The position numbers and the translations under genes are program-made. A DNA stretch of 64,000 nucleotides from Macrostomum lignano. Lineage: Eukaryota. The stretch covers positions 65,050 to 129,049 of the forward strand of contig NIVC01000235.1 of the NCBI GenBank assembly GCA_002269645.1, read 5' to 3'. Shown one piece after another: positions 24,001 to 34,964 of this stretch (position 1 is its first letter; every line of letters starts with the position of its first letter). The notes beneath the pieces are model-generated. The model had not been told where the DNA came from. It made no database searches and was given only the letters and a program-made list of their open reading frames with translations.

Positions 24001-27000
24001 GGGCCGCAACGCGCTGCACCTGGCCGTGGATTCGGAAAACATGGACTGCATCGAACTGCTCTGCGACAAGCTCAGCTTCGAGTGCATCGAGGAGGCGCTG
24101 CTGCACGCCATTAGCAAGGGCCTGACCAAGATCGTCCGCGTGGTGATCGAGCACCCCAACTACATGGCTGGCGAGGACAAGATCAAGCGGATGGACTACA
24201 ACAATGCCTTCTTCCGGTGAGGCTTCGGCTGCTTGCCTGGGGCTTGTGGGAGCGCGAATTAAAACGGTCGCTTGCAGTCACAATTTGGGTTAGGCGCTGG
24301 TTGGAGGCACAATCTGGTGAAGGAAATCTCTAAAGATTTATAGTTCTAGATTCAGGATAATGGATGCAGTAAAATTCGCAAAGGATTCCATTTGAACGGA
24401 CTTGAACTGACACTCAATTGAGCCAATTCCTTGCCCTATGAGCCATCAAACTGCTGTGACCTTGTTGGCCTCACTACTTTCATGCCCTTAGAGAGCCATA
24501 AATATTGTGCTCCATCGTTCGTATTCAAAGTACGAGCCGCACTGCAACTTAATCAGAATTGATCTCATCAACATGCCATTCAAATGCGGACTTCAATTAT
24601 ACTTCGGCACAAAGCCTGTCAATCACAGAGTCCTGAGCGTGAATTTTTCAGAAGCGTCCCCCCCGTTGCGATCCCAAGTTCGCTTCCCCCTGTGGGAATT
24701 TCAGCCGATTCAGTGGCGCAGTCCCCATCAACTAAGCTCCCCAATGCCCCAGCACTGCACGCACTACCACAGCGAATTTTCCTCGCCCTCAGCACGGAGG
24801 AGAAGTCGCAATTCTCGCCGGACATCACTCCGCTAATTCTGCTGCGCACTACAAAACCACGAGTGATCAGTGTTCTGGCGCGCAACACACCATCGAGAAG
24901 CCGCACGTGATCACCTGCCTGTGCGAGGACTGTCAGATTAAGCAGAATCTCGACTGTCGCGGTCCCGGTCTCGCCTTTCTCTGAGCTCTGGCCAGCGGCC
25001 TATCATTTCCTGAGCAGCTCTCCCCCTCTCCTTCGAGTGGCTGTTCAATCTCCTCTTCAAGTGAGGCTGTTCCTCTTGCTTATTGTTTCGCCTCTAGAAT
25101 TTTTGGATGCACTTCAACCTATAAAATGTTTTTTACAACTCTGTTTTGGCACTCTAATTAACTGGCTACTGCATCTTACTAACCACTATCCTACCATAAC
25201 GTGCACGTCACCGTCGTTTATTGATATTCTTTCCAGTCTCAAAGCAGTAGTAACCAAAAAACCGACTAAATCAATCTGTTCCACCACCGTCGCCTTTCTA
25301 ATCCGTCCAGGTCTCAAAAGGACTCCGCTGCCCGGCGGCCAAGTTCGCCACGCACACGGTGTCCCATTTCCTGTTCCTCGTCCTGCTCGCCGCTGCCACT
25401 TTCCGCGTTGACGACTCGTCAGTGACGCACAGCGTGTCCGAGGAGGCGGTGCGGGACAACTACTGCACCAGCACGGAGGAGAGGAAACTTTTCCTGAAGA
25501 AGATGCTGCGACCGGAGAGTACCGTCATCACGCCTGTGCAAATACTCATCATTCTGTGGACGGCTGGTGAGTATGAAGGTTGAGGTTTACACTAAACCGG
25601 CTTAATGAGATTATGAGTCTTGTTTTTAGGACACCTGCTGTCGGAGATCAAACAGGTTTACTTTCAAGGCCTGAAGGAGGTGGCTCTCAACGCCTACAGC
25701 ATGCTGAACTTCTTCATTCTGACTCTGTACATCGCCTCGTACACCATCCGAATAATCGTGGACCTGAAGATCAAGGAGGCCAACACTGCTACAACGCCAC
25801 CCAACAGGCCAATGAGTTCCTAGTGCGCAACATATCCTATATGAACATCACACGGACGAAGGACCTGGAGGAGAGATTCAACAACTTTCTGTTCCAGTTG
25901 AGACTCAACGCCACCTGCAGGCAGTACATGTACTTCTTGGAAGCCTGTGAGCGCCCCTCGTACCTGCCTTCTTGTAACTTTTTGAAAATTACAGAGAGTA
26001 AAGCATCTCACAAACATTGGCATTGCAGCTCGGTTCAAGTGGGTTGCTCACGACCCCGAGATCGTGTCGGACGTGCTCTTTGCCGTAGCCAACGTGCTCA
26101 GCTTTGCTCGCACAATATTTCTCATGCCGGCCTTTGAAGTGCTCGGCCCGCTGCAGATTTCATTTAGCCGCATGCTCACCGACATTGCCCGCTTTCTGGT
26201 GCTGTTCGCGCTGGTGAGTACCACTGCTGCGATCCACACTAACAGTTCGACTCTTGACGTGTGCAGAACACATTTAAAGCATCACTAATAAATTCTGTAT
26301 GACTTGCTTTAAGTATTGCACTAAGCACAACGTTTTTGAAAATCCACTCATTGCTCCAACAACAACGAACTTCAAATGCGCAGGTTCTGCTCGCCTTCAT
26401 GGTGGGCATGCACAACCTGTACTGGTACTACGGCCTGCAGCGCATCGCCAAGATGGTTGAGATCGGCAACCAGACATTTGCCGTTGACGAGCCCGCCTCT
26501 GAGCCATTCGAAGGCCTCGTCCACACCATGTTCACCATGTTCTGGGCCATGTTCAGCAACTTCCAGCTCGCCTCTCTGCCTATTAAGCACCCAAATTTCC
26601 ACGACGATGTGCAGTACCAGTACAAGGACGGCATGATCAGGACCAACTCCTCCACCGAGGTGGTGGAGACTGTTGGCATGACCCTCATGGCCTTCTATCA
26701 CGTGATCATCATTATTGTGCTCATTAATATGCTAATCGCCATGATGTCGCACTCGTTTGAGGACATTCAGGTAAAAATGCTTTCTATGGCTTAAGCTTAA
26801 GTATTAGGGATTTTGAGATACAAAAACCGATTATTATGCAGAGCGAGTGCGACGTTGAGTGGAAGTTCGCCCGCACCAAACTGTGGCTGAACTACATCGA
26901 CAACGGCAGCACTTTGCCGGTGCCCTACAATCTTCTGCCAACGCCGCAGAGCGTTGCCAGGGCCTACAGATTCGTGCGGCGTTTCTTCTCCAACCAGAGC

Positions 27001-30000
27001 GTCTTCGCCAGCGAGAGCACCCGCAGCACCGCCTTCATCAAGGTGAAGATCGGTGGCCTTTTCTTGCTTTAGTATCCATGTCCATGCGCATGTCTGATTG
27101 TCTGTAGAGTGCTTCTCTTTATTATAAGACTATGTGCGACTTTTTTGTTCCCAATCCTACCCTTAACCTATACAGTATAGTTATGAGCTGTGTTTAAAAC
27201 TGAACTACGTGTAGAGAGGTCAACGTTTTCGGTGAGATTATGGAACCCATCAAGCCAGTGCATTTGGTTGCAATGTAAGCGTACTCAGTTCCTAAAGCTC
27301 CATCTGCCTTGCCCTCGCCGTCCACCCGACCAGGCCTGTTGCTGCTGCCTGCGGAATGAGGATGCGGAAGCGGAGGCGAGGGCAGTCCGCCTCAAGGTAT
27401 TCCACCGGAACCAATGTTAATAGCAGGTTTTTGGTTTATCCACGCGGCAGCGACACATTATTCCCATATACTTTAGCATTTAAAAATTGATGATGTAGAG
27501 CTCGATCCTAGCTCGACAAAGGCGCACGCATCATGTGAGCACTGACTGAATTCGCACTGAGCAGCTCGCACAAATTTTAATGTACCCAAATGGGCAAATA
27601 AAGCGTAGCTGCCCAGCCACTTGGATTAACATAAATCATTCCCAACGCGCACCCATCAACCCCATACTATGGCGACATATACTACCCCATATTTATGCCC
27701 CGCTGGGCTGCTGGGATACCCGCGCCCACCGGGAACAGATGTTCAGACAGAGGCTCAAGCAGTTTTAAAGACAATTTTTCTTGAAACTATTGCACTTTGC
27801 GCAGTCAAATTTGTATCGTCATAGCCTTGGACACGATTTCGCAGTAGGGGCAGAATTGGTAGAGAATTTCCGAAATTGTCATTAAGGAAGCCTCTATGCT
27901 CCTCGAAACTCAAGAAGCGATACTGCTGGTCTGCAGCCCACGTCTGCAAGTTTAGTCTCAGTAAAGTATTGTTTCGATCTTGGTCCTGTATCACTGATCC
28001 TAACAAATTCGACTGCTCAAATGACCTCAAACGCAGAGTCTTGAGACTAAACTTGTAGACCTGAGCTTTGAGTGTCGCTTCCAGAGCATTGCCAAGTTGC
28101 AAGATAGAATTCAAATATGCCAACTGTTCTCGGTGCCGTGGGTGGCCTCTGTTTCGCGTCCGGATGCTAAATTCAGCGATCATCAGGGATGCCAAAGTAA
28201 TTTTTTTATGATTAATTTTTTGTTTGATTCCTGCGCCGCCATTGCAATCCTTGGTTCAAACCTCTACTGCCTTTTGTTTTTCTGCATAATTCTTAAAATT
28301 TTCTATCATCTTTGAACTAAAAAGCAAGTGCCATGCAGCATGTAAACTTTGAAGTAGTAACTGGTCAGCTGGACAGCTAAATTTTGTAGCATTTAAAAAA
28401 ACATTCAGAAAGGGCGATTCTGAGCTAAATTTTAACACTTTTATATCTCAATTGACGGGAATTAAGAAAATTCATTACAAATATTTAGACAATTTCAAGT
28501 AGCCTTTGCTCAAGTTCCAACTCACTTGACCTGGAAGTATTCGCTTGCCAGCCGGCCACGGGAGTTCAAAACAGCGCGAAAATGTTTTTGTTAGAATCGA
28601 TGTCGTCGCGTTGCTAATCGTTTGTTTTTGCTGCGTCTGAACGACGAAAAAATTCATTCCGGCTGAAAAAAGCAGAAAACTCTTAGCAACAAAAGGGAGA
28701 GATTTTTCAACAAGAAATTTGAAGTGAACAGCACAAGGCACCAAGAAGGCCTGGGCTTGCAATGGTGGGTGAATTTTTTTTGTCCGACTGGAGCTCAGCC
28801 GCAGAATTCGGCTCACCGGCTTCTGTGCCATGCAGCTGCTGATTTTAGAGCCATTCTTTTATTTTCAAGCTGACGAACACAGGTGCTCGGATGACACGTG
28901 ACCTTTTTCTTCAAAATGTCTTCATTGAAAACACGCCACCACAGACTCGCAGAGACGCCGTGTGCAAGAGCATGGACATTGTGGCCCAGGACACATCCTA
29001 TGCGGACATTATGCAGCGGCTGGTACGACGGTATCTGTTCAAGCTGGAGCGCGAGAACGACGTCGAGGGTGAGTGGCACTCAATTCCAATGGACCTAAGG
29101 TCGAAACTCGAGTTACTCATGAAACGTGCTACGTCTTCAAATGCAGACGTCCAGAAGAATCCCAAGGAGGGGATCAGCATCCGAGCCGAGGACATGATCG
29201 GCGCCAGTCCGGAGGGATTATTCGCTCAAGATGACTCTAAGGCGGTTCATTTCGCTGGTAAGAATTCGGTGCATTCTGACGATAAATGGCTTTCCCAAAC
29301 TAATTGCTTTGCTGCTAGTTTGATGCATCACCTCGTAATTTGTGCCAAAGAACCCGAAATCAATTCCAGAGAACGCCCATGAAGGCCAAGAAGGTAGAAG
29401 TCAATATGCACGATGGCTGATGTTCTGTTTATAAAAAACAACTCGTAAAAAGATATGGCAGTACACGCTCTTAGAGGGCGAGCGAAGGCATCTTTTGCTT
29501 TATGTATTTCATGCAGTGGACCTCTTCGAAGGGGAACTGGACCTATTCGAAGGAAGCATGTAAAAGAAGCACAGCGCGCAGATGTTCATTATACTGTGCG
29601 CGCGCTCCTGTACTGCCAGTCTCAGGAGGATGCTAAGACTGGCAGTAGACTACTAAGAGTTTTATTTGCAACGAACACAGAGGAGGCCAATCATGCGACC
29701 AATCATTAAACGGCCCCTTTTGTGTGGGCCACCACGCAAACGTCTCAAAACACAACAGCTGACACCATGTGTGCGCGCTTAGGCAATTAGCGTTACGAGA
29801 CCATGTCACTATGACCAAACTAGCAGAAAAAATGAACGACCGTGGGTATTCACGAAATCACAAATAACCTCGCATTCAAATCCACACAGCCCATTAATTT
29901 AATTCGCATCTGCTTACCTGAGGCTTCAAGCAGACTTGCTTAAAGTGCGGCAATCACAATAATATTTGCCTACCTGACAAAGCTGTCACACGAAGTGCAC

Positions 30001-32126
30001 CGGGGCGAAACCCTTCACAGAAGCCGACATCGGCATGGACGAACCCGCCGATGCGGCGGCCGCCGTTGTGGAGCCCGCGTCGCCTTTTAGCAGCGGCGGG
30101 CCAAGGCGCACGGCGTCCGGGAAATTCTGCGTCTACACTGGCCGGCTGGTGCGCCGGTGCTGCGGTAATGAAAGCCACTGCGGAGAGCAGCAGCTTAGAG
30201 CAGGATGAACTTTTCTGAAACATCCGCTTAGAGGGTTCTTTTGAAAGTGTGGCCGATCTTGGTCATACTTACACGCGCCTACACTGGCTATTGTGATCTC
30301 AGCGCACTCCTCATATTACCCCCCTCCAAATATTCTTATCTATGATTACATTCTCCCCCGTTCGACTACTTAATTGTTTTCCGGGTTATAAATGTTTTGC
30401 AATTACATTATCGTCAAACTGGCACTTGGAACCCGCGGGTGTGGCTGAATCCAAATTGATAATTTTCAAGGTCCACAGTCTGTCCAATACGGACATTCTC
30501 CCCATGTTAGCTGATTCCAGCCAACAGTCGCTCGCGTATGCATATCTGTAATGTACGCATTCCTGTGTGAATTCCTGGAAAATTCTACTGAGCGCCATCT
30601 ATAAATCCAATATTATATCCTAGAAAATTACCTGACAAAATCAAAGTACAATAAGTCTGTCGCTACTCTACTCCCCGTGCTAAATAAATGTTTATCACTG
30701 CCTTGACTTGCCTTAATGAGTAAATTTCACTTATTATTTAGATAGAATTGACGTTAAATCTCCTTGTCACTTCAATCAGGGACTCGTTCCAACTAACAAG
30801 AAATCACCCATCACCTCCGCGTTCATCAGACGCTGACGAGTCGAACTTCAACCGCCGGTCCGGCCACCGGCAGACGATGTCGTCGTCGTCTCGAGGCCGC
30901 GGCCCGAGCGTCGCTGACTCGCGCTCTCCGCCGCTGCAGTTTCTGGCCATCCCGCAACTGGACGGCATTCAGCGGACACAGAAGATACTTGATATGCGGT
31001 TGCAGAACTTGCAGGCAAGCTGCTGACAATTGCCAATTTTTGCGTGCTTTTTCGTCATTTTAGCACATCGTTTGATTTTATGGCTCATTTGATGCCTGTG
31101 TGAACAAGTCTTTCGCCAAGACAAAGTCACCCTCAATACACTACGTGTAATTGTGGGAAGGAGAGAGGGATGGAAAGAGGGAAGGGGAGAGAGAAGGAGA
31201 GAGGGAAGGAGAGAGAGAAGGAGAGAGAGAAGGAGAGAGGGAAGGAGAGAGAGAAGGAGAGAGAGAAGGAGAGAGAGAAGGAGAGAGGGAAGGAGAGAGG
31301 GAAGGAGAGAGAGAAGGAGAAAGGGAAGGAGAGAGAGAGAAGGAGAGAGAGAAGGAGAAAGGGAAGGAGAGAGAGAAGGAGAGAGGGAAGGAGACAGAGA
31401 AGGAGAGAGGGAAGGAGAGAGAGAAGGAGAGAGGGAAGGAGAGAGGGAAGGAGAGAGAGAAGGAGAAAGGGAAGGAGAAAGGGAAGGAGAGAGAGAAGGA
31501 GAGAGGGAAGGAGAGAGGGAAGGAGAGAGAGAAGGAGAGAGAGAAGGAGAGAGAGAAGGAGAGAGAGAATGAGAAAGGGAAGGAGAAAGGGAAGGAGAGA
31601 GAGAAGGAGAGAGGGAAGGAGAGAGAGAAGGAGAGAGGGAAGGAGAAAGGGAAGGAGAGAGAGAAGGAGAGAGGGAAGGGGAGATGGAAGGAGGGAAAAC
31701 CCAAAACGCAACGCAACCAAACCGAGTAGCAGGAGGGAAATTCAATAAACTGACGAAATTCACTCACAGGCCCAGTCCGACCAGCTCAATCTGGCAGCCG
31801 GTAATGTGCGTATCAAGGAGGAGATCCAGCTGCTGCGGGACCTCATTGGCGAGAATCAGAAGGCTCTGCTTTCTCTAGTCCGAGCCGTGCAGCAGATCCA
31901 GGAGACCACACGGATGCTGAACAACAACATGCAGCAGTGGGTGACGCAGCAGAGCGCCAGCCTCAGCTTGAAAACCATGCTGGTTAACGAGGCCGGCTCA
32001 ACCAGCGAGGATCCGCAGCAGTCGCAGCAGCAGCAGCAGCAGCAGCAGCAGTCCTCGGACGCCAGTGGGTCCAACAAGTCCAGCAAGCGGCGGGAAAAGT
32101 ACCGGGTGAAGGACAGTAAAGTCTGA
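14605..32126 (+). CDS. TRPC: TRPC-family (canonical transient receptor potential) cation channel: ankyrin repeats, TRP_2 domain, 6 TM, TRP box
   Basis: Exons: alternative first exons 14605-14918, 19224-19252 or 20983-21146; then 22932-23040; 23666-24216 (NCVDYMGRNALHLAVDSEN ankyrins); 24793-about 25060 (SQFSPDITPLIL, frameshifted TRP_2 domain CLCEDC); 25311-25566; 25630-25946; 26029-26213 (LGPLQISFSRML); 26384-26770 (pore/S6, INMLIAMMSHSFEDIQ); 26842-27042 (TRP box EWKFARTKLW); 27334-27396; 28945-29068; 29147-29257; 30830-31014; 31770-32126 (ends KDSKV*). Phases fit at all junctions except around the damaged exons. Confidence 0.95.
15020..15722. repeat. 40-bp minisatellite (CCACTGCCCCATGGACTGCAGAGAGCCTCTCCCTTAGCCA)n, about 17.5 copies
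   Basis: Near-perfect tandem units in TRPC intron 1a. Confidence 0.97.
16932..17402 (+). repeat. 39-bp minisatellite (CTGCAGTTCACTCTGCTGTGATTGGGCAGCAGCTCTGGG)n, about 12 copies
   Basis: Tandem units; reverse complement of the array at 20037-20299. Confidence 0.96.
18017..18050. repeat. (GA)n microsatellite
   Basis: Pure GA run. Confidence 0.95.
18249..18440 (-). mobile_element. tRNA-derived SINE
   Basis: Minus strand: A box TAGCCGAGTGG, B box GGTTCGATTC, central GAGCAAGACACTTAAC motif and (ATT)n tail; lacks an anticodon arm, so not a tRNA gene. Confidence 0.75.
19224..19252 (+). CDS. TRPC alternative first exon 1b (MAADYKRMD-S)
   Basis: ATG to TC|GTAAGT, 29 nt, phase 2, in frame with exon 22932. 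Confidence 0.6.
19301..20030. repeat. 39-bp minisatellite (GTGCACTGACATTGGAGCCATAGTGTCTCCTGAGTACAG)n, about 19 copies
   Basis: Tandem units with alternating GAC/GGC variants. Confidence 0.97.
20037..20299 (-). repeat. Inverted copy of the 16932-17402 39-bp minisatellite, about 7 copies
   Basis: CCCAGAGCTGCTGCCCAATCACAGCAG(A/G)GTGAACTGCAG is the reverse complement of the upstream unit. Confidence 0.95.
20983..21146 (+). CDS. TRPC alternative first exon 1c (MPDQGAKRQQ...GLLN)
   Basis: ATG to AG|GTGAGC, 164 nt, phase 2, in frame with exon 22932; CpG-rich promoter-like sequence upstream. Confidence 0.65.
21270..21908. repeat. 21-bp minisatellite (AGAGCTCTCAAACACAATCAT)n, about 30 copies
   Basis: Tandem units; source of the HNHRALK ORF. 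Confidence 0.97.
27755..28438 (-). other. Antisense intronic reading frame of about 227 codons with one in-frame TGA (unknown; possible decayed element or nested gene)
   Basis: ORFs 28256-28438 and 27755-28195 share a frame, separated by one TGA and 20 open codons; non-repetitive, protein-like composition. Confidence 0.3.
31157..31695. repeat. Polypurine 12-bp repeat (GGAGAGAGAGAA / GGAGAGAGGGAA)n
   Basis: Near-pure purine tract in the last TRPC intron. Confidence 0.96.
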
Positions 32127-32708
32127 ACCGAGTCGAGCTCAGTGTTAAGAAATGTTAACTTACGACCGTAGTCTGACAACCGCTAAGTTTTATAGATAAT
32201 TTCCTTTCGTAATCCCCATGGTGAACCAAGATTTATTAGATAAATGACAACTCAGTGGCTGGCTCAGAAACAGATGTTTCACTTCCTACTAGCAAGGGAC
32301 GCACTGGAAGTGAAGGGCACGCACCCCATGCACAGCTGCACCAGTATAAGACAAATTCAGCAGAGTTTTCTGCATAATTCTTCTGGGTAGTTTTACTGTC
32401 TACTGTAAGTAGCATAAAATGGAAAGGTGCGAATTATCAGTTTAATTTATTTTTAGTTTTTTCTTGGGGCAACCATTTCTTTTTAACTGCTTATTACCTG
32501 CTGTGCACTTTACTCAATTTGTAACAATTTTACCTTTGTTTAAGTTTTTTTATTGTGTGGCATACATTATCCATCATACATTACTCTAGGCTTTAATACT
32601 CCCTATGTAGTCATCTTTAATCTCCTTTATTTACTCTACATGTCTCGACATATTTTTTCTATTAAAGCGTTTTGCTACAAATTGGGTCTTTGTCCATTTG
32701 TAAATCCA

Positions 32709-33261
32709 TATAAGCTTGTCCAGTTCTACTTAGAAATCCAGATAAGCTTGTCCAGTTCTACTTAGAAATCCGGATAAGCTTGTCCAGTTCCACTAAGAAA
32801 TCCGGATAAGCTTGTCCAGTTCTACTTAGAAATCCGGATAAGCTTGTCCAGTTCTACTAAGAAATCCGGATAAGCTTGTCCAGTTCTACTTAGAAATCCA
32901 TTTAAGCTTGTCCAGTTCTACTTAGAAATCCATTTAAGCTTGTCCAGTTCTACTTAGAAATCCGGATAAGCTTGTCCAGTTCTACTTAGAAATCCAGATA
33001 AGCTTGTCCAGTTCTACTTAGAAATCCAGATAAGCTTGTCCAGTTCTACTTAGAAATCCAGATAAGCTTGTCCAGTTCTACTTAGAAATCCGGATAAGCT
33101 TGTCCAGTTCTACTTAGAAATCCGGATAAGCTTGTCCAGTTCTACTTAGAAATCCAGATAAGCTTGTCCAGTTCTACTTAGAAATCCGGATAAGCTTGTC
33201 CAGTTCTACTAAGAAATCCATTTAAGCTTGTCCAGTTCTACTTAGAAATCCGGATAAGCTT
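32709..33261. repeat. 32-bp minisatellite (TAAGCTTGTCCAGTTCTACTTAGAAATCCAGA)n, about 17 copies
   Basis: Head-to-tail units with no spacers. Confidence 0.97.
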
Positions 33262-33820
33262 ACAACTATTTCGCTAAGATTCGATTACGTTTAAGATATC
33301 AAAAAAGCAGCTAAAAAACTTGATTTCGTTGTGTTGTGACGGTTTTCCTGATAGCCCCACGCGCTGATCATTGTACTCGTATGACATTGAATTGCCCGTA
33401 AAGCATTCCCTGTATTCCCTGTAAAGCTCTGTTCCTCGGGCTAAATGCGATGCAATTCTTTAAAAATACAAAGATGCGTCCGCTTTAAAGAAGCATTCTC
33501 CCGATATTCAACTCAAATTATTATTATTATTCGTTGCAAGCTGGAAGAGAAATTCGAGAACCCGATCAAGGAATACTGAGTGGCAGATGCGAGCCGTCCT
33601 GTTCAACTTTATTTGCTTTTGCAGTTGGACATGCGACAGCCGGAACATCAGCAGAAAGAAACTTCTTCAGATTGAATTGAGTTCCAGCAGCCTGCAGCAG
33701 AACTGAATTCATACCGTCGGTCAGCAACCAGACTGCTGTCTCTGGTCAAAATTGAGCTTCATACTCGTAGTCAACTGAGCAGCAAACTGAAGTGAAACAA
33801 ACAAACAATGTAACGATATA

Positions 33821-33909
33821 TACCGATTTTTTTCGGCAGCAATTGCGTAAGCTGAAGCCGCGTAGCGGCTGAAGCTTAGTAGAGCAATTGCTGCCGAAAA
33901 AAATCGGTA
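33821..33909. repeat. 89-bp hairpin with perfect 26-bp arms
   Basis: TACCGATTTTTTTCGGCAGCAATTGC (33821-33846) pairs with 33884-33909; inner AGCCGC-GTA-GCGGCT stem. Confidence 0.92.
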
Positions 33910-33916
33910 CATGTCA

Positions 33917-34964
33917 TTATTGTACCCTTTTGACTTCCCTTGTCTATGGCCCAGACATAGTGCGGATGCTGAGTATGAAATGCGATTGTTGCCGGAATGC
34001 GCTTTGAAAGGGTTGTAGAGATAATCAATCGTCTATGGCAAATTTAGTTGCTCTCTAAATGAAAGGGTTGTAGAGATAATTAATCGTTTATGGCAAATTT
34101 AAAGGACAGTGAAGACAGCTAGCCTGGCTGCCATGAGTTTATTCTCAAGTTGATTTTGAGCTTGAATTAATTCTCCTATTCGGAGTGCAAATAGGAAAAG
34201 TAGCTATGATTCGCTACGCAAACATTCCTGGCGGAGAAATATGCGGACTCTCCACGGACGAGTTGGCTTTTGTCACCCGGGAGTCGAGCACGCGCTACGT
34301 TCTGGAGATGGACAACCTGGATGCGTCGTCCAGTTCCAACGGGCTGCCTGAGCTAGGTATAGCGAAGATCTGGAAATGTTGGACCGACTTGAGAGTGACT
34401 CAGTGCCGAAATCGACCGAGACGCAACGGAAGCTTCACGTGGCAAGGTTCCGACAGTTCCTCAACGAGAAGGGGCTCTGCCAGGAGTTTGAGCGTGTTCC
34501 GGATCGATTTTTGAACGATTATCTGAGGCTTTTCTATTCATCCCTTCGAAAGCAGGATGGAACTTACTATGCGCCAAAGTCTCTCATCTGTTTTCGTGCG
34601 GCTATTCAACGCCACCTGCAATCCCCGTCCGTTAATCGCCAGGTGAACATCATTACCGGAGAAGCCTTCAAGCGTTGCAATGGCGTTCTTGTCGCCATGG
34701 TGAAAATGTACATGGAAGGACGTCGAGAAGGTAGACAAATACGAAGCTATTTCCGAGGACGACATGCAAACTATTCGCGCATACTTTGACCGAACGTCCC
34801 TTCGTAAACTGCAGGACGAAAACATTTGTTGCTATTGTTGTTCCTTGTTTTGATAGCCAAATACATTCGTCTGAAATCCGGCAACAATCGAAAAAAGCCG
34901 ACAAACAATTAAATTGTTACCGCAAGTATGAATGCCGGAAACCATAGACAAAAGGGTACAATAA
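33917..34964 (+). mobile_element. Truncated Crypton-type DNA transposon (N-terminal / core-binding half of a DUF3504-like tyrosine recombinase)
   Basis: DSVPKSTETQRKLHVARFRQFLNEK...LNDYLRLFYSSLRKQDGTYYAPKSLICFRAAIQRHL matches the Crypton/KCTD1/QRICH1-type recombinase N-half. Frameshifts near 34350 and 34717; sequence stops after RTSLRKLQDE, before the catalytic region; 16-bp inverted repeats at 33917-33932 and 34949-34964. Confidence 0.8.

Noticed and set aside
23639-24154. Minus-strand 171-aa ORF (also 26372-26701 and 31856-32179)
   Set aside because: Antisense shadows of GC3-rich TRPC exons.
24793-25946. Calling the TRPC gene a pseudogene
   Set aside because: Lesions are clustered single-base losses mostly in homopolymers, while all other exons, splice sites and the TRP box are intact; assembly error is favoured pending reads.
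31133-31767. RE-, SP- and L-rich ORFs (also 55924-56807 and 61683-62319)
   Set aside because: Simple-sequence tracts without stop codons.
32709-33261. CRISPR-like regular 32-bp repeats (also the 39-41-bp arrays)
   Set aside because: Units are head-to-tail with no unique spacers, no cas genes, and the context is eukaryotic.
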